Shown: piece by piece, positions 59,612 to 64,000 of the stretch
Layout: every line of letters begins with the position of its first letter
Position numbering within the stretch: the stretch's first letter is position 1
Assembly: GCA_038897215.1 (NCBI GenBank)
Contig: JAWAWX010000001.1
Location: 928,001-992,000 of the forward strand
DNA: 64,000 nucleotides
Direction: 5' to 3'
From: Acidilobaceae archaeon
Lineage (GTDB): Archaea > Thermoproteota > Thermoprotei_A > Sulfolobales > Acidilobaceae
Notes under the pieces: generated by a model
What the model was told of the DNA's origin: nothing
Database searches by the model: none
Seen by the model: the letters and a program-made list of their open reading frames with translations, nothing else
Translations under genes and position numbers: made by a program

Positions 59612-60568
59612 TTACTCGACAACAGGACCTATGACTGTCTCTCCAACCATCTTGTTTATTCTCTCGACCTCTGCATCTACAAATCTCTGGATCTCCTCTA
59701 TGTCCTCTTGTGTTAGGCCTCTGAACCTCCCCTGGAGTGAGAGATAGTGGCGTACGTGTTTTCTCCGAGGAACTCGGACAGTGACTCTGAAGACCTCGTT
59801 GTTTACGAGCTCCCAATTGATCCACATAGCTGTCTCTACAGCGAGCCTAGCTATCTTGATGCCATATCTGGGGTCGAATCTCCAGCCTGCTGTGCATGGT
59901 TGTAGGACTTGGATAAACGATGGGCCATCTACTTCGAGACCTTTGCGGAACTTCTCCACCATGTCTAGAGGATAGGCTGGGTTAGCTGTAGCCACGTATG
60001 GTACTTTGTGAGCTGCAACTATTTCAGCCATAGGCTTCTTCCGCTGAGTCTTCCCGTGGATCACTCTGCCTATGGGGGTCGTCGTTGTCCAAGCGTGGAG
60101 AGGCGTGGAGCCGCTTCTCTGTATCCCTGTATTCATGTAAGCCTCGTTATCATACATAACGTACATTACTCTATGTCCTCTTTCAAGCATACCGCTTAGT
60201 GCTTGAAAGCCTATGTCTGCCGTGCCGCCATCGCCAGCCACTACGACCACGTTGATCCTCTTCGATGGGTCTATCAGCCCCTTCCTAGAGAGAGCTTTCA
60301 GAGCCGCCTCTACACCGCTCGCTACTGCTCCCGCGTTCTCGAAAGCGACGTGAATCCAGGGGACTCTCCACGAGGAGTACGGGTAGACAGCCGTAGAGAC
60401 TTCTAGGCAGCCTGTTGGAGTGACCACTATAGTGTTCCTACCCGTGACCTTTAGGAGGAGCCTGACTATAGTCCCAGCTGTGCACCCAGCGCAGAGCCCG
60501 TGACCTGGAGCTAGGAGCTCTTCTCGAGGCAGGTCTCTGAGAGTTCTGAATACCGTCGTTGAAGTCAT
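59612..60568 (-). CDS. porB: Pyruvate/2-oxoacid:ferredoxin oxidoreductase beta subunit
   Basis: GHGLCAGC, GDGGTADIG, DNEAYMNTGIQRS. Confidence 0.92.
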   Translation of the reverse strand: MTSTTVFRTLRDLPREELLAPGHGLCAGCTAGTIVRLLLKVTGRNTIVVTPTGCLEVSTAVYPYSSWRVPWIHVAFENAGAVASGVEAALKALSRKGLIDPSKRINVVVVAGDGGTADIGFQALSGMLERGHRVMYVMYDNEAYMNTGIQRSGSTPLHAWTTTTPIGRVIHGKTQRKKPMAEIVAAHKVPYVATANPAYPLDMVEKFRKGLEVDGPSFIQVLQPCTAGWRFDPRYGIKIARLAVETAMWINWELVNNEVFRVTVRVPRRKHVRHYLSLQGRFRGLTQEDIEEIQRFVDAEVERINKMVGETVIGPVVE

Positions 60569-61779
60569 ATGTCTCCACCCCAGACAATAGTCCCGACTAC
60601 CTTGCGCTCTCTAGAGAGCTTGAGTGAGAGCTTTGTGATCGCCTCGAAGTCTCTCTCGGTAACCGGCATGCCCCCTATTCCTACAGCGAAGCTCGCTAGC
60701 CTGATGTCTGTATAGCCTTCAGCGTAGATCGCTGCGAGGATCTCGAGCGCTAGCGGCGAGTCTAGAGCTGCTCCATAGCTTAGAGCTCTGTCAGCCACGA
60801 CTACCAGTGAGGCTTTCGAGAGAGCTCGAGCTACGAGTTCTCCCTGAAATGGCCTCCAGAGTCTTATGCGAAGCGCTCCAACCCTAATCCCCTCCTTTCT
60901 CATAGCGTCTACCGCCGACTTGAGCGTCCCGTAGAACCCACCGTAGGTGACTACTACTATCTCAGCGTCTTCGAGCATGTAGGATTCTAGAGGAGCATAG
61001 ACTCTACCAAAGGCTTTAGCTATCCTGGAGTCGGCTTCCCTTATGACCTCTATTGACTCCAGCATTGCTCTACGCTGGATAGCCTTCACCTTAGCGTAGT
61101 AATCGGGGCCTCCTACGGAGCCGAAGGTGAGAGGTCTATCGGGGTCTAGCCTCACCTCGCGGAGCCTCTTAGGCAATAGCTTGCGCACGAACTCTCTATT
61201 AGCTGGGATGTAGAGAGGCTCGTATGTGTGGCTCATCCAGAACCCGTCGTATGCAACAGCTACAGGTAGCAGGACTCTCGGGTCCTCGCTTATCATGTAC
61301 GCCTCTATGATCGAATCGTAGACTTCTTGTGCTGACGAGGCTATGATGGTTATCCACGAGGTGTCTCTAGCGTTCATGAGGTCGCTGTAGTCATTCCATA
61401 TATTGATTGGAGCCGAGAGAGCTCTCGTAGCCACAGCCATGACTATGGGGAGCCTCATGCCTGACGCTATGTGGAGGATCTCGTGCATGTACTCGAGCCC
61501 CTGAGAAGATGTCGAGGTGAAGGTTCTAGCTCCCGTGGCTGCTGCTCCTACTAGAGCACTGAGAGCTGAGTGCTCGCTCTCCACGTGTATTAGCTCAGCA
61601 TCCATCTCCCCGTTAGCGATGAACTCGGAGAGCTTCTCTGCTACGGCTGTCTGAGGCGTGATGGGGTATACTGCTATGACGTCGACATCGGCGTCTCTCA
61701 CAGCATAGGCTGTAGCGTAGTTCGAGTTTAGAATGACTCTTTTCTGCTCGACCTCACCGATCACCTCTACTTTCTGCAC
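60565..61779 (-). CDS. porA: Pyruvate/2-oxoacid:ferredoxin oxidoreductase alpha subunit
   Basis: YPITPQT, ESEHSA, TSSQG. Confidence 0.92.
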   Translation of the reverse strand: MQKVEVIGEVEQKRVILNSNYATAYAVRDADVDVIAVYPITPQTAVAEKLSEFIANGEMDAELIHVESEHSALSALVGAAATGARTFTSTSSQGLEYMHEILHIASGMRLPIVMAVATRALSAPINIWNDYSDLMNARDTSWITIIASSAQEVYDSIIEAYMISEDPRVLLPVAVAYDGFWMSHTYEPLYIPANREFVRKLLPKRLREVRLDPDRPLTFGSVGGPDYYAKVKAIQRRAMLESIEVIREADSRIAKAFGRVYAPLESYMLEDAEIVVVTYGGFYGTLKSAVDAMRKEGIRVGALRIRLWRPFQGELVARALSKASLVVVADRALSYGAALDSPLALEILAAIYAEGYTDIRLASFAVGIGGMPVTERDFEAITKLSLKLSRERKVVGTIVWGGDI

Positions 61780-61780
61780 G

Positions 61781-62089
61781 CTACCTCACCTCCTCTAGAA
61801 GCGTGATCGCCTTAACTGGGCACTCTTCAGCGCAGATACCGCAACCCTTGCAGGCATCATAGTCTATCTTGAAGGTCACATTGAACGTCCTGCCCTGACT
61901 CGTCGTGTAAGGCTCGTCGGCTATGATTATAGCCGAGTCGGGGCAGTAGACCCAGCATATGTAGCACCTCACGCACTTCTCCTGGTCTATCTCGGGTCTG
62001 AAAGTCCTCCAGTCAGCCATTTTTCTACGAGCCGAGGTCCCTCCCTCAACTACTGCCCCCAGCTCGAAGAGCACGTCTCTAGACTTCAC
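61781..62089 (-). CDS. porD: Pyruvate/2-oxoacid:ferredoxin oxidoreductase delta subunit
   Basis: WR..RP, two CxxCxxCxxxCP motifs. Confidence 0.92.
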   Translation of the reverse strand: MKSRDVLFELGAVVEGGTSARRKMADWRTFRPEIDQEKCVRCYICWVYCPDSAIIIADEPYTTSQGRTFNVTFKIDYDACKGCGICAEECPVKAITLLEEVR

Positions 62090-62706
62090 TCTGAAACCAC
62101 CTCCGTCTTCTCGTAAGCTTCTCTCAGAGCTTCAATATTCGCTTTAACTCTAGGATCTCCTCGGGGAGACTTCAGATAGCTCTCCACGTCTTCGACCTCG
62201 GTTTCGAAGACGACTCTGGCTATCGCTCTAGCTAGAGAGTCTAAGCTCACGAATCCGAGAATCTTGGCTAGAGCTCCGAGCATTGGAGTGTTAGCTATAG
62301 GAGCCTTCATATGCTTGAGCGCAATGCCGGTAGCATCGACTACAGCCACTCTACTGACTCCGAGACTCTCAGCTAGGTCCTTGGCTCTTCGCTTAGTGTT
62401 AACGACTACCCACCCTTGAGGCTTAAGACCCGAGAGATATATGGAGGGGCTTAAGCTCGAGTCTAGCACAGCGACTATGTGGGGCTCGAGGACTACAGCT
62501 CGAGTGACTATAGGATTCCTGGATATCCTATTATAGGCTCTTACTGGAGCTCCTCTACGCTCGGCTCCAAATTCGGGAAATGCCTGAGCGTAGAACCCCT
62601 CATCTACAGCCGCGACAGCTAGCACTATTGCTCCAGTTACCGCTCCCTGCCCTCCTCTCCCATGCCACCTGATCCCGAGCTCTTCAGAGAGGAGCTGGAG
62701 AGACAA
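62086..62706 (-). CDS. porG: Pyruvate/2-oxoacid:ferredoxin oxidoreductase gamma subunit
   Basis: HGRGGQGAVT, FGAERRGAPV. Confidence 0.92.
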   Translation of the reverse strand: MSLQLLSEELGIRWHGRGGQGAVTGAIVLAVAAVDEGFYAQAFPEFGAERRGAPVRAYNRISRNPIVTRAVVLEPHIVAVLDSSLSPSIYLSGLKPQGWVVVNTKRRAKDLAESLGVSRVAVVDATGIALKHMKAPIANTPMLGALAKILGFVSLDSLARAIARVVFETEVEDVESYLKSPRGDPRVKANIEALREAYEKTEVVSE

Positions 62707-62892
62707 TTCGACTCCCCGAGAGTCTGCAAGAGAAGTGTTTATTGTGGGAGGCTTAATATACATCCATACGATACTCAGCGCTTATAAGGTCGGTTTTCTC
62801 GATGTATAGATGAGATAACTACTCACGTAGAGAGCTAATCTCGCAGAGTCTCGGAGAACAGCTTCGAGATTTAGATATTGAAACGAGTGTAG

Positions 62893-64000
62893 TCAAGTCT
62901 CACCGAGTCTACCACGCATATACTCTCGCCCGGCTCCTATCGGCTTCGTTGCATCAATCCAAAGCTTGGAGGTTAAGCCGTCTTGAGAACTGGGGTCTAG
63001 CGTTGAGCCCCTCACATTCTTCAAGACTACTAGGCTTTTATCTGCTTGAAATCTCATAGCTATAGCCCACTCGACATCGTGGGGGTCGTCGGGGTCTATG
63101 TCCTCATCGACTACGACGACGTGCTTCAGGCTGGGATGAGCTGTGAACGCTGCCATAGCCACGTTAGCTGCCTCCCCCTCCTGTCGCTTCTTGATGGATA
63201 TAACGGCGTGGAGCCAATGACCTCCGCCTCTCGTGAGCCTCACTTTGACTACTTTAGCTACTCTCGAGACAGCCTCCCAGATAGCGGCTTCTCTCGGGAA
63301 CCCCATTATTAACTGCGACTCGAGCCCTCCCGAGACTATTACGTGATTGATCTCCTCCTCGTTGATGAAGACTTTCTTCACCCTCAAGACTGGCTGCTTT
63401 CTGACTCTATCGTAGTTCCCCACTATATCCACGAAGGGGCCCTCGTCTTCGAGCTCTCCAGTCACCTCAGCCTCTATGATTGCTGGAGCTCCGAGAGGCA
63501 CAGGGTTTCCGTGGAGAGGGCTGCTAAACACCTCTAGCCCTCCTACAAGCCTCGAGGCTGTCTCTAACTCGAAGACTCCGAGAGGGGGGCTCGAGGAGAC
63601 TGCTAGCTCTACTGCTGGGTGAGCTCCGAGGATGATTGTTACCGGGAGATTCTCTCCTCTTTCTCTCGCTCTACCTATGAGCTCGTAGAGATGGCGGGGG
63701 ACTATTCTAGCAACTGCTCTCTTCTCGTTGAGAACCATTACTCTATGGAAGCTCGCGTTACAAATACCCTCGTAGCAGGCGATGAATATCGATGAGGTTA
63801 GATAGTATCCGCCTTCATCTAGATAGAACTTGATCGCTGGGAGGTCTAGCAGACCTCTCTCGGCCTCCTTTAGATCAGGGGGGTTCTTCTCGATCAGCTT
63901 AGCCGGGCTCCTCATCGACTCCAAGAGCTTAACGTAAGCCTCGAAATCGCTAGAGGCTTCTATAGCTCTGTAGAGCTTCTCTCTGCTATCTACTAGATTG
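62893..64000 (-). CDS. UbiD-family decarboxylase, 5'-truncated by the window edge
   Basis: EGPF, VVVVDEDID, VEWAIAMR, GSTLDPS, IDATKP; frame open to base 64000. Confidence 0.9.
   Translation of the reverse strand, partial: NLVDSREKLYRAIEASSDFEAYVKLLESMRSPAKLIEKNPPDLKEAERGLLDLPAIKFYLDEGGYYLTSSIFIACYEGICNASFHRVMVLNEKRAVARIVPRHLYELIGRARERGENLPVTIILGAHPAVELAVSSSPPLGVFELETASRLVGGLEVFSSPLHGNPVPLGAPAIIEAEVTGELEDEGPFVDIVGNYDRVRKQPVLRVKKVFINEEEINHVIVSGGLESQLIMGFPREAAIWEAVSRVAKVVKVRLTRGGGHWLHAVISIKKRQEGEAANVAMAAFTAHPSLKHVVVVDEDIDPDDPHDVEWAIAMRFQADKSLVVLKNVRGSTLDPSSQDGLTSKLWIDATKPIGAGREYMRGRLGET

Overview
64 kb of a hyperthermophilic crenarchaeal chromosome (Desulfurococcales/Acidilobales-like, inferred from gene content). 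It is mostly core genes: an isoprenoid/lipid cluster with gltX, pyrK/pyrD, SRP54, the rps13-rps2 and rpl6-rpl15 ribosomal/RNAP blocks, EF-2, TBP, aIF-1, HisRS/MetRS/GlyRS, PEP synthase, a four-subunit 2-oxoacid:ferredoxin oxidoreductase, tRNA-Lys(TTT) and tRNA-Gly(GCC). The unusual part is two cas-less mini CRISPR loci (21341-21433 and 31962-32577) that share a duplicated ~290-bp leader plus first repeat. The second array carries a 366-bp 'giant spacer' holding a TATA-like box, an RBS and a 104-aa ORF for the RNAP-binding N-terminal module of transcription factor B, with its stop codon inside the next repeat. Around both arrays, strand composition flips (A/C-rich left, G/T-rich right) regardless of flanking gene orientation. 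Other leads: a stand-alone GGDEF-like protein, a degenerate mevalonate-kinase-like gene, a DUF89-serA-aminotransferase operon, an MFS-CBS fusion, probable non-canonical start codons and candidate structured ncRNAs. All calls were made by eye; no searches were run.
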